Shown: in pieces, positions 41,611 to 52,379 of the stretch
Numbering within the stretch: the stretch's first letter is position 1
Layout: every line of letters starts with the position of its first letter
NCBI RefSeq assembly: GCF_018350175.1
Contig: NC_058368.1
Location: 15,564,001-15,628,000 of the forward strand
Length of the DNA stretch: 64,000 nt
Reading direction: 5' to 3'
Source: Felis catus
Taxonomy: Eukaryota
Translations under genes and position numbers: made by a program
Notes under the pieces: generated by a model
The model's database searches: none
Told to the model about the DNA's origin: nothing
Seen by the model: only the letters and a program-made list of their open reading frames with translations

Positions 41611-42018
41611 ATGGAATATTACTGAGTCATAAAAAGAACAGAATCTTGCCATTTGCAGCAACATGGATGGATCAAGAGGGTATAATGCTAAGTGAAACGA
41701 GACAGAGGAAGACAAGTATCATATGACTTCACTCATGTGGAATTTAATAAACAAAAGAACAAAATAAAAATAATGCATAATAAAAAAGATTCAAACCAAA
41801 AAGCCAGACTCTTAAATACAAAGAACAAACTTATGGTTACCGGGGGGGCGAGGGGAATGGATGAAATAGGTGAAGGGGATTAAGAGTATGCTTATCATTC
41901 TAAGCACTCAGTAATGTATAGAATTGTTGAATGAGTAATATTGTACACCTGAAAGTAATATAACACTGAATGTTAATTATACTGGAATCAAAATTTAAAA
42001 AATAAAAATAAATAAAAT
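38340..42018 (+). mobile_element. Older 5'-truncated carnivore L1 hosting the young L1, two Can-SINEs (~40033-40250 -, ~41030-41252 +) and a (TATC)n
   Basis: ORF2-like peptides ([28 protein letters not shown]) and an A-rich tail at ~41990-42018 abutting the NDE1 retrocopy. Confidence 0.88.
38453..39318 (+). mobile_element. Young cat-type L1 3' fragment nested within an older L1
   Basis: Open 188-aa ORF2 C-terminus (38475-39041), poly(A) tail, TSD caaagtaggtttagaggga (38434-38452) / caaagtaggtttataggga (39319-39337). Confidence 0.92.
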
Positions 42019-42020
42019 AT

Positions 42021-42850
42021 AGTTTCCCAAATTTAGACACTTACCAACCATTCATCACCCCACACCATACTAGCACTGCCTAGCTTTTTGTCTCTGTCAT
42101 CTGTCCTTGCTCCCTCACCAGAAGGTTGTGACATTTGCTTAGCTTGAAGACTGACCCCATACAAATTTTTAAAAGAATGCAAGATTGGTTTTTAGTGCCC
42201 TACTTTTCACAGCAAGTCCCCTATAATTTTGAAGGCAGACCCTCTGATCCACAAGATAAAGGAGTTTCCCATACCTCACAGGACATCCGAGTTGTATTCA
42301 GACTGGAACCAGGTCCATGGGTGACATGAAGTCAGTGTTTTGGCTTGGGTGTTGCAGGACCAATTCCTTTGATGTATTAGATGGATTCCAGGAGACTCTC
42401 CTCTTCAATTCACTCTCCAGAAAGGCATTTCTTTCAATGGTTGATTGTACACTGCTCTGTCTTCCAGAGTAACAATTACGTGTGTTGCATATTTTCCAAG
42501 TCACCATTTGTTTTCAGCTCTCTGACATATTTCTGCAATTGATCTTTGATCACTTTCATCTATACAAGATCATCCTCTAGTGCTCAGACCTCCTGGGAGC
42601 CTTCATAATATTGCATTTCAAACTTCTCCTTGGCCATGCGACCTCCATATGGAGTCCGGTATTTTTGGTCAGAAGGTCCCTATTCCCAGTTTAATTTGTT
42701 CTATCTGTGTCTCCAATCTAGCTTCATATTCTCAGCTTTCCTCTTGGAATCATTGTATTCATCGCTTGCTGCTTTTGTGTCATAGTAGATCTTCCTAAAA
42801 GGCAGTCTCTTCTCCCTCATAGAGGAAGGTCTTTTTCCTAAAGTCCTCTA
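42021..42850 (-). pseudogene. NDE1: Processed (intronless) NDE1 pseudogene, heavily decayed
   Basis: Minus-strand fragments translate to FQEES*EYEARLETQIEQI, KEKFEMQYYEGSQEV*ALEDDL, IKDQLQKYVREL, IERNAFLESEL, HGPGSSLNT, SAFKIIGDLL*K, ending in a GD..LGK.L.FGK-like segment. These are collinear with NDE1, contain stops and frameshifts, and have no introns. Confidence 0.88.
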
Positions 42851-45549
42851 AATATATAACTAATGGAGAAATTAGTGTTCTTATGGATGGTTTTTGGGCT
42901 CAGCAAGTAAAGACTCTGATGGCAATGAGGAATCTAAAATATTTTTATTATTTTCAAATTCAGTACTGCCTCAAACTATTACTTCCCTCCTTTAGTGCAA
43001 ATCATGCAAAGCTGCCTGCACAAATTTGGTGATAACAATGATAGTAACATAAACCGAAGGGAATGTCGGACTGGTGGTGGTGAATGGTACACATACTGTG
43101 TTGATGGAGGAGTGACAGCATTAGAGCCCACCTGAACTAAAAACGGCAGGGATGAATGAGAAAATAACAGTACACCAAGGGAAAAAAAAAAAAATATATA
43201 TATATATATATGGATAATCTAAGTGGCACAGCTACAACTTCCAAATTATAACTACTTTCCTTCCTGTTACCTCACAGTTCCCAGTCAGCCCCCAAAGATG
43301 AGAAAAACAGGTTTTAAGTGCCCACACATAGGCAACAGGACAACAATGTGGTTCCAAACTGGCTCTGTAACTTGAAATCCATTCCCCATTATAACTCCCA
43401 CCCCCCACTTTAAATATAAGACAAGTTGAGAATGTGACAAGAATGAAAAAGATTGAAGAGATTTTTTTTCTTTTTCTTTTTCTTTTTTTTACTTTGAAGG
43501 GAGTTGGAGTTGAACTGTTTCCCTCCTTGTATCTTTTAAGATAAATATGCTGAGCTTAGAACATTTCAGAGAAACTGCACACATATACACTAGAGTTCAG
43601 GGGATGACAGGGACTGTTGCCTGAACCTTCCTTAAAAATGGCTGAAGCAGTCTCCATAACACGAAGAAAGGTGGGAGCAACAGGAACAAGCCAGTCTCCC
43701 ATCCATGATGGAGCAAGGTAGCTGGCCTTGAGTTATCCTGAAAGGACTCTGTCCTGTGTGCTGAGATACAATGATCCAGCAGCAGAAAGATGCTATGGAA
43801 ATGGTATCACCAAAATCAGGAGAGCAGAACTCGCTGAAACACCCACCAGCAATAAAGCCAGCATTAGGGCATCTGCTACATGAAGGGCTATAACTGTGGA
43901 TTATAATAACACCTGCCATATAAGTTTGTGTTCTTCAAAAGTTCTCCTTACTGGTCTCAGTTAAAGAGCACACAGATCATGCTCATTGGGGAAGAAGGTA
44001 TTTAAATGATGAAAGGGGGCGGTTTGCTCATTAACAAGGCTCACTTTAATCTTTCACTATGGATGGCAGAGAGTTTGGGGCCAGACATTGGATTAGAGAG
44101 AATCTCAAGTTTAGTAAACCAAAGAGAGGTTATCCAAGAAAGGAGGAACAGATAGATGCTACAGGACTAGAATCCAGAGCCCTTTTGATGCAGTGAAACA
44201 GATCATGTCACCCTTCTGCTTAAAACTCTCCAGTGGATTCCCACTGTATCCAAACTCTGTACAGTGGCCTATTGGCACCTACTTATCTTCTCCCCACCAA
44301 CCTCCCCCCATCCCTTCTCATGGTTCAGGTCTAAGCTCAGATGTCACCTCAGTGAAGCCTTTCTTGTGTAGCCTATTAAAAATGATTTCCCCTAGTGCTT
44401 TTTTTTTTTTTTTTAAAGTTCCCCTTATCTCTTATTTCTGACTTGGAGGGGTCAGAAAGAGCAATTGTGAGTAAGGGAAAAAGTGAAGGATAGGAGAATA
44501 AAGAAACCAAGTACTCTCCTGCCCACCATCCCCCAGTCGGTTTCAAACTTCAGTCAACCTTGAGTTATGGAGGGAGAGAGAAGCTTTAAAGCAAATGGGG
44601 GGAAAAATAAAGTTTTGATATTATACTTTTCTGAGCTTGTTAAAATCTGAAAATGAGACTGTTTATTAATCTATGAAAGTGAACAGAAAAACAACAGGAT
44701 ATTCCCCAAACATCGTCCAGAGGTGGGAAAGAAAGAACACATACATTAAGCTTAAAGACAGCAGTAAGAGAAAGTCTAAGTTACTTTCCAAACCCTACCA
44801 ATTCAGCTCATTTTTTTTTTAAAGGACACAACTTTTTTTTTTTTTTTAATTTTTTTCCAACGTTTATTGTTTGAGAGACAGAGACAGAGCATGAGCAGGG
44901 GAGGGGCAGAGAGAGAGGGGGAGTCACAGAATCTGAAGCAGGCTCCAGGCTCCAAGCTGTTAGCACAGAGTCTGACGCAGGGCCGGAACTCACGAACCTC
45001 AAAATCACGACCTGAGCCAAAGTCGGATGCTCAACTGACTGAGCCACCCAGGCGCCCCCCCCCCCAATTCAGCTCATTTAACAAACTGTTTATCCTGCTG
45101 TTATCCTTAACTGAGCACTTATTAAATGCTAGAATCTTATGTCATTTAGTACTTACAGTAAATCTATGAGAAGGCCAGTCCTCACAGTCTCCTGCTAATT
45201 TAGGAGTAATATTCCTTTGCAGTTTATTAAAAAGAAACTTTAAAGGGATTTCCTAAGGAAAAAGAAAGAAAATGTAAAGATGAGCTCTAATTATGAGAAG
45301 ACAGCACAGCACAATCATGTTTTCAAAGGCTTGGAAATCCCCTCGGTAATCCTTTCCCTAAAATAATTCCAAACCCAATCCTCCTAAGTGGACCCTTAAA
45401 CTCAAGTGAAAGTTCTTCTCTGAAAGGCACAGCCTCCATCCAGTTTACCACTTATCTGGACAAAGTACTTATGAATCAAGATGGATTTACACACAGATGA
45501 TGATGCTTAAGTTCCAAGTCTTTCCCCTTCTTCCTGTCCAAGGCTGGGA

Positions 45550-46474
45550 GGGGGCCAACAATAGGTTCACATGGGCATATATTTATGTAAAATTTGCAAA
45601 AGAAAGCAAGCAATTTAATCTCAATTGATTGAGACCCCTGTCTCTTTCCACTCAGGACTTCCCTTCTGTCACATTTCTTCTTGTGCTGGGTGGTACTGAA
45701 GAGGCTCTAGACATGCGGGGATCTGGTTGGAGGAAGCTGAGTTGTGATACAATTAGTTTGGGTTTAGTGGGATATATTTATGTGGTTCATAGCCAAGGGA
45801 TTGCTAACTCACTCTCCCACTCTCCCATGTAGCAACAGCTTTCAGGAATGTTCCTACTACCTATACTCTACTGATTCATTGGGCATGAAGACAAGAGAGT
45901 ATATAGAGGATCAGGGGTCGGATCACAATATGAATGTGACAAAAGTGTCCGATTGCTCTTAACATGAAATAGTGGAGGACAAAAAGGGTTTGAAATGTAT
46001 GGAGCCAGAAACCAATCTGTGGAAAATTACTCTAGTCATCAAATGTGTAAAATCGTAAGATTTGGTTTTCATCAACAGCTAGTCAATCAGAAGTTCTCTC
46101 CTGTTATGAATATGGCATACACAACTATAAACATACCATGTATTTTTATGGGAATTGTGCAAAATAGAATTTACCAGAATGATATGTTTTTAGGCAGCAT
46201 AAATATAAATCTAGCAGTACTACCAACAGTAAGTACATCAACAGGTGAAATGCACGGTTTTTTTTTTTAATGTTTATTCATTTTTTGAGAGACAGAGTGA
46301 GACAGAGCACGAGCAGGGGAGGGGCAGAGAGAGAGGGAGGCACAGAATCTGAAGCAGGCTCCAGGCTCTGAGCTGTCAGCACAGAGCCCAACATAGGGCT
46401 TGAACCCACAAACCATGAGATCATGACCTGAGCCAAAGTCGGATGCTTAACCAACTGAGCCACCCAGGTGCCCC

Positions 46475-46521
<47 letters not shown>

Positions 46522-46534
46522 AAGTTTGTTTATT

Positions 46535-46585
<51 letters not shown>

Positions 46586-46800
46586 TGTGAGCAGGGGTGG
46601 GGCAGAGATGGAGAGGGAGAGAGAGAATCCCAAACAGACTCCACGTTGTCAGCGCAGACATGGGGCTCAATCTCACCTACTGTGAGATCATGACCTGAGA
46701 CAAAATCAAGAGTTGGATGCTTAACCAACTGAGCTACCCAGGTACCCCAAAATGCAGGGTTTTATATATCATATGATTGTGTGTCTTTCCTCAGTTCCCT
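45550..46800. mobile_element. Probable hAT-Tip100 (Zaphod/MER115-like) relic interrupted by two Can-SINEs
   Basis: ggttcacatgggcatat...gtaaaatttgcaaaag and tgggtttagtgggatatatttatgtggttc resemble this family (recalled). Confidence 0.45.
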
Positions 46801-46833
46801 ATTCCATATCATGTGTTGTTTAAAATCATCTCT

Positions 46834-47330
46834 GGGGTACCCGGGTGGCTCAGTTGGTTGAGCGTCCAACTCTTTGTGTGTGTGTGTTTTTTAATTTTTA
46901 ATGTTTATTTATTTTTGAGAGAGAGAGGGAGAGAGAGAGAGGCAGATCGCAAGCAGGAGAGGTGCAGAGAGAGGAGACACAGAATCTGAAGCAGGCTCCA
47001 GGCTCTGAGCTGTCAGCATAGAGCCCGACGTGGGGCTCAAACTCACAAACCGTGAGACCATGACCTGAGCTGAAGTCTGGAGCTTAACTGACTGAGCCAC
47101 CCAGGCGCCCTGAGCATCCAACTCTTGATCAGTTCAGGTCATGGTCTCATGGTTCGTGGGATCGAGCCCCACGCTGGACTCTGTGCTGACAGCATGGAGT
47201 CTGCTTAGGATTCTCTCTCCCTCTCTCTCTCTGCCCCTCCCCTGCTCATGCTTTCTCTCTTGCGCACACGCACTCTCAGAATAAACTTTAAAACAAATAA
47301 AATAAAATAAAATAAAATAAAATAAAATAA
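46834..47330 (+). mobile_element. Can-SINE with an antisense Can-SINE (~46880-47110) inserted in its head
   Basis: Inner TSD tgagcgtccaactctt / tgagcatccaactctt; outer TSD taaaatcatctc / taaaataatctc. Confidence 0.9.
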
Positions 47331-50300
47331 TCTCAGATCCCCTTGATGAAGCGGTCATGCTAAGAGCAGTGCCAGCTCTTAGCTTAATAGAGCTTAAGGT
47401 CACGAGACTGAAGTGTCTCAGAACAAACATTACTTCACTCATCATGCTACCAGAGTTAGCCTCTTTAATCTGTCATTAGAATGTTGTTTGTTTTGTCTAA
47501 TAATTATCTAGTAGAATGGATCTTTGATAAAGTAACCTACCCACACTTCTGAAGATCCTGTCATCTCTGGAAAAAAGTAATGTTGCTATAAATTGGTGGG
47601 GTATAACACCTTATTTCACTCAGTTAAATCTTAAAACAAAAAATCCTAATTAGAAAAACAACTTAGTTGTATAACTTAAATTAAATCATGAAGCCTCCAG
47701 GAGTTTTCCATGTCCTCCCTATCTCCACACATAGCTCAAGAAGGATGAGATGATAACCTGTTTCTCAGTGGAACCCAGAATTTCATTGCCATAGCAGATG
47801 GATCCAGTTGCCAGTTCTCACTTCATGTAGATCGAAACCTGCTTCTCATTGTTCTTCCAATCACACTATTTGCCTGGAACCAAACTCATCTGGATTACTT
47901 AGAAATAGTTTTAAAAACTTTTTCCTGCTTATGTTCAAATGAGGACTCAGACTGGTAGTGGCGATATCAGATATCATGAGTGTTATGAATACATATCACA
48001 TGGGATAGAAGAACTCTCCTTGTAAAAGAACCAGAGGAGGTCATCTTACAGATATTTCTTTGCTTTTCTGTATTTTATTGGCATTTTGGCAATACATTTT
48101 GTGACATTTGTGTTAAGCTAAATTCAAGGATGATTTGGGATATGAAAGATCAAATACACGGGCACTTAACCTGTGACTAAAGTCTAAACGTCTGTCACTA
48201 ATACCCCGGAATATTTCCTCCCCTAAAAGTTCTCAATTCTTACACTGATAACATAAATATCAAAGTATCATGTACCCAGAAACTCTGTGAAACCCTCTTT
48301 CAAAGGAGGTTATCTCCTGGCTCTCCTAGACAAAATGCTAACAATATATCTGAAAGTCTGAGCAGAGTCTGTCTTTTGCTACAGTCATGCATTTATCTAT
48401 AGACGGATGAAGACAAGAAATACAAATATGGCCTCAAAATGAACTGTGCTAATTTTTATTTTCTTAATAGGCCTTTTATTTTTCTGGAAGTAGAGAATAA
48501 ATTTAAAAAAAAAAACTGATTAAGGGGAGCCTGGATGGCTGAAGTGATTGAGTGGCCAACTTTTGATATTGGCTTAGGTAGCAATCTCCTGGTGGTAGGA
48601 TTGAGCTCTGTGTCAGTTCTGGGCTGAGCATGGAGCCTGCTTGGGATTCTCTCCCTCCCTCTCTCTTTCAAAATAAATAAATAAACATTTTTAAATTTTT
48701 TAAAAATAAAATACCAATCAAATAAAATATTGATATACAACATAACATGTAATATAGATTGCCATGAATAAATTTCTCATATCATACCCAGAGTTATCAT
48801 TGGGAAGAAAGAAGATACTAATGTGGAATGAAGGAAGTCAAGAAACGCTACTGGGGGTAGGATCAGAACAGAAGTAATCAGTATGAATTCATGATTAAGT
48901 ATAGATACATACATGTTTGGATTTTTTCCTTTTATCTGTTAAAAGTGCCTAGTAGCATAGAGCACATCTAGCACCCAGAGCTTGGTTTCTAGGTATCATC
49001 CTCCATGAAAAGGAACCAGAGATCCTAGGAAATCTCCTAGGAGAAAGGAGAAATGGACTGTAGCTAGGACAGTACAAGACAAGTCTGGAATATCTTCTTA
49101 TGCCAGAAAGCAAGGGAGTGCCCAAAAGGATACAGGAGCCTGCTTGAAGGACTACCACCAGCCAAATCTAGGAAGTCCAGCCAAATCCAGAACAATCTGA
49201 GCATTGATAAGGTAAGTAAGAGACTGCAATCCGTTAAATAAAACAGAAATTCATGAGTCCATACTGATCGTATATAAACAATAAAGAAATAAATACAGAA
49301 AGTAGAAGGGATGGCTCTTCCCAACAGTAAAATGCCAACTCAGAAATACAGAGGAAGTGATAAGAGTTGAAAATTGTCATTTTGCAATAATCATAATATT
49401 CATTCAATCAGTATCACAAACATGATATATAGAATACTTTATTTTCTTCTGAAATAATAAAATAAAATCCAAGACCTATAGATTTATTTTCATACAAGTT
49501 TTCCTAGATAAAAATGAGGGCTGTAATTGGTTTTAAGACAACTCTACTATGCTGTAATCACAGTGGTAAAATTCTGTTCTGGTGAAAATTGGTACTTTGT
49601 TAACACCAAGCTTCATAGTTTGAAAGAACCGTAAGAAGACTGATAAAAGGAAATAAGAATGGTTCCTTTCCTCAGCTCCCAACACACAGCATATATTACT
49701 TCTCGGGGAAGCGTAAAACTATTGTCTAGAAGCCAGAAAGGAAGAAAAAAAATAAACTAGAGAAAGTAAACTCATCTACAGAGTTTGAAATAGAGGAAAA
49801 CAGGTGTGGAACTCTGGTTCTAGGTTTAAAACAATTTTATTTGAATTAATAACTACATAAAAATTAACCATATATCATTTTCTTGAGCAAAGGAAGAAGC
49901 CTAAGTCAGAGTTAAAATACACTGAGAATGGACAATTAAAGCAGTACTACAAGAGTCTATTGGCCCCTGCTGGCCTATTTAATTAAGTTGTATACTTACC
50001 ATGGGTGGGTTTTATAGCATGCAAATTATATCTCAAAAAAACCAAACAAACAAAAACAACGGGGTGCCTGGGTGGCTCAGTCAGTTAAGCGGCCGACTTT
50101 GGCTCGGGTCATGATCTCGTGGTCCATGAGTTCAAGCCCCGCGTCGGGCTCTGTGCTGACAGCTCAGAGCCTGGAGCCTGTTTCGAATTCTGTGTCTCCC
50201 TCTCTCTGACCCTCCCCCGTTCATGCTCTGTCTCTCTCTGTCTCAAAAATAAATAAATGTCAAAAAAAAAAATAAAACAAAACAAAACAAACAAACAAAC

Positions 50301-50371
50301 AAAAAAACCCTGCTGTCATTTATTGAATACCATAACAGGAATTTGCACTAGGGTTTAAATAGCACTGCCTT

Positions 50372-51536
50372 CAGTGATATGCTGATAAATTTTTAAAAAC
50401 CAGTTGACTGGTAGAAAGAATGTTTTAGCACATGATTTACAAATAATAAAAATCACAAGACTCCTTATTGTAATTCCATACACTTCAGTGTAACCTGCTA
50501 TTTCTTGCAAAATCCACTATCATTTTTTATAATTATTTCACCAAAAAGTGTCAAGAATTCAAACTATAAATAAATGCTTGATTTTTAGCCGATTCAGCAA
50601 AGAAGTTGCTCACATTAGTGAGAGTGCAGTTCTGCTCTGAATGTTGGCTGACATTTTTGTTTCTATTGATGAGCAAGACAAAAGTGAAACAATGAAGATG
50701 TATGCCAGAACTTCACTTATTGTTCAATGACAGGAGCAACTTCTTTGCTGAAATCATGGTAATTTTCAAATACTGAGAGAATATTTCAATTTTGGGAGGC
50801 TACTGACAACGTGACAGCCACAGCCATCAAATGTGTTAAGTTTAATCTTCATTAACATTTTTACTATCACCTTGAGTCTGAAGACAATCGACAGCAAGTC
50901 AAGCTCTGCTTTGTATCACTTGACAATCCCCATAGTGTAAACACGCTCACCATGGCTAGTTTCAAGCAACCAACGTGACATCACTGAATGCAGAGCTGAG
51001 AAGAGACGTGCAGTATCACATCTAGTGATAGTACTACTAACTAGTACTAGTAGTAACTAGCAGTACTAGTACTACAACTAGTATTTCCACATACGTATCT
51101 TATAAGCATTGCTAATAGTAAAACACTGAAAAACGATTAGAAAGGGATGAGTTTTGAGGTTTTTAACTTTTGTTTTTAAAATAATTTAATGGGTGGGGCG
51201 CCTGGGTGGCTCAGTCGGCTAAGCGTCCGACTCAGCTCAGGTCACAATCTCGCGGTCCCTGAGTTTGAACCTTGCGTGGGGCTCTGTGCTGACACCTCAG
51301 AGCCTGGGGCCTGTTTCCGATTCTGTGTCTCCCTCCCTCTCTGCCCCTCCCGTGTTCATGCTCTGTCTCTCTCTGTCTCAAAAATAAATAAATGTTAAAA
51401 AAATTTTTTTAATAAAATAATTTAATTGGAAGTTTATGTAATTTAATTTTTAATAATAACAGTGTTTAACTTCCAGCTCATTAAATACCTGGTATTTCAA
51501 CAATGGCTCTCATCAACCTCATCTAGCACACCACTG
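50372..51536 (-). mobile_element. MER63-like hAT DNA transposon relic, interrupted by a Can-SINE (~51195-51415)
   Basis: TIRs cagtgatatgctg... and ...tagcacaccactg. The minus strand reads cagtggtgtgct..gagagccattgttgaa..attattaaaaattaaattacataaactt, as in the MER63 consensus (recalled). Confidence 0.7.
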
Positions 51537-52184
51537 ACCCTTCCTTTTACTATCGAGAAAGCTGACTGTCCCAGAGGCTGTCACCAATGAGGCCTGGTCA
51601 CACAGGACAGTGCCAGCCAGGTCTGTCTATATTCAAACCTCTTTGTGCCTCTCTTTGAAACGTAGGTAGCTGGTGACCTACTCACACATCAACACCCAAA
51701 CACCTTAATGTGAGTGGACTTATCATTTGTTGGGGTAGTCATTGCTCTCCTTCCCAATAGGTGGAATGCAAAACGCAAGCAGGCAAGGAGGAAGGAACAA
51801 ATGGAAAGAGAACAACTACCTGGCACTTTCGTTCAAGAGGCGGCAGGGTCGACTCCCTCCTGAGATGTGGCTAAATTAAGATTTAGCAACCAGCACTTGT
51901 GCAACAACTGGTAAAAATAATAGGTCGTTTATTGTTGTTTTTTTTTTAACGTTTGTCATTCAGGGTTGCATTTTACCCGTTTTCACTGTATTTAATGAAA
52001 ACGTTATTAAAGACTCATCTTAGAGGTCACAGCAAAGGACAAATATTAAAATAAAATAAGTTTCCAAGAGAGAAAAAGAAATGTATCGGAACAAATCACT
52101 CAGCTTTTAACACAAACTTGGCCCCAAGTCTGGCCCACTCCTTCTCCACCATATTTTCAAATAGGCCGCCTCTGCCCTCCTTGA

Positions 52185-52198
52185 CTGCCAACTAGTGG
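52185..52198 (-). promoter_or_regulatory. Candidate CTCF site upstream of RFXAP
   Basis: Minus strand reads CCACTAGTTGGCAG, one mismatch to the CTCF core CCASYAGRKGGCRS. Confidence 0.45.
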
Positions 52199-52379
52199 TG
52201 CCAGGTTGTGGCACACGCCAGCTTCACATCTCCCATTTCAAGACATTTTGGGACAAAATACTATGATAATTAGCATTAAAACGCCGTAAGTCATAAAATC
52301 GCTCAGGAGCCATCTTAACTTACACTGTGGAGTTCCAGTACAAAAGTGTTTTTGAAACTTTTTAGACACAGTAGGTTTC

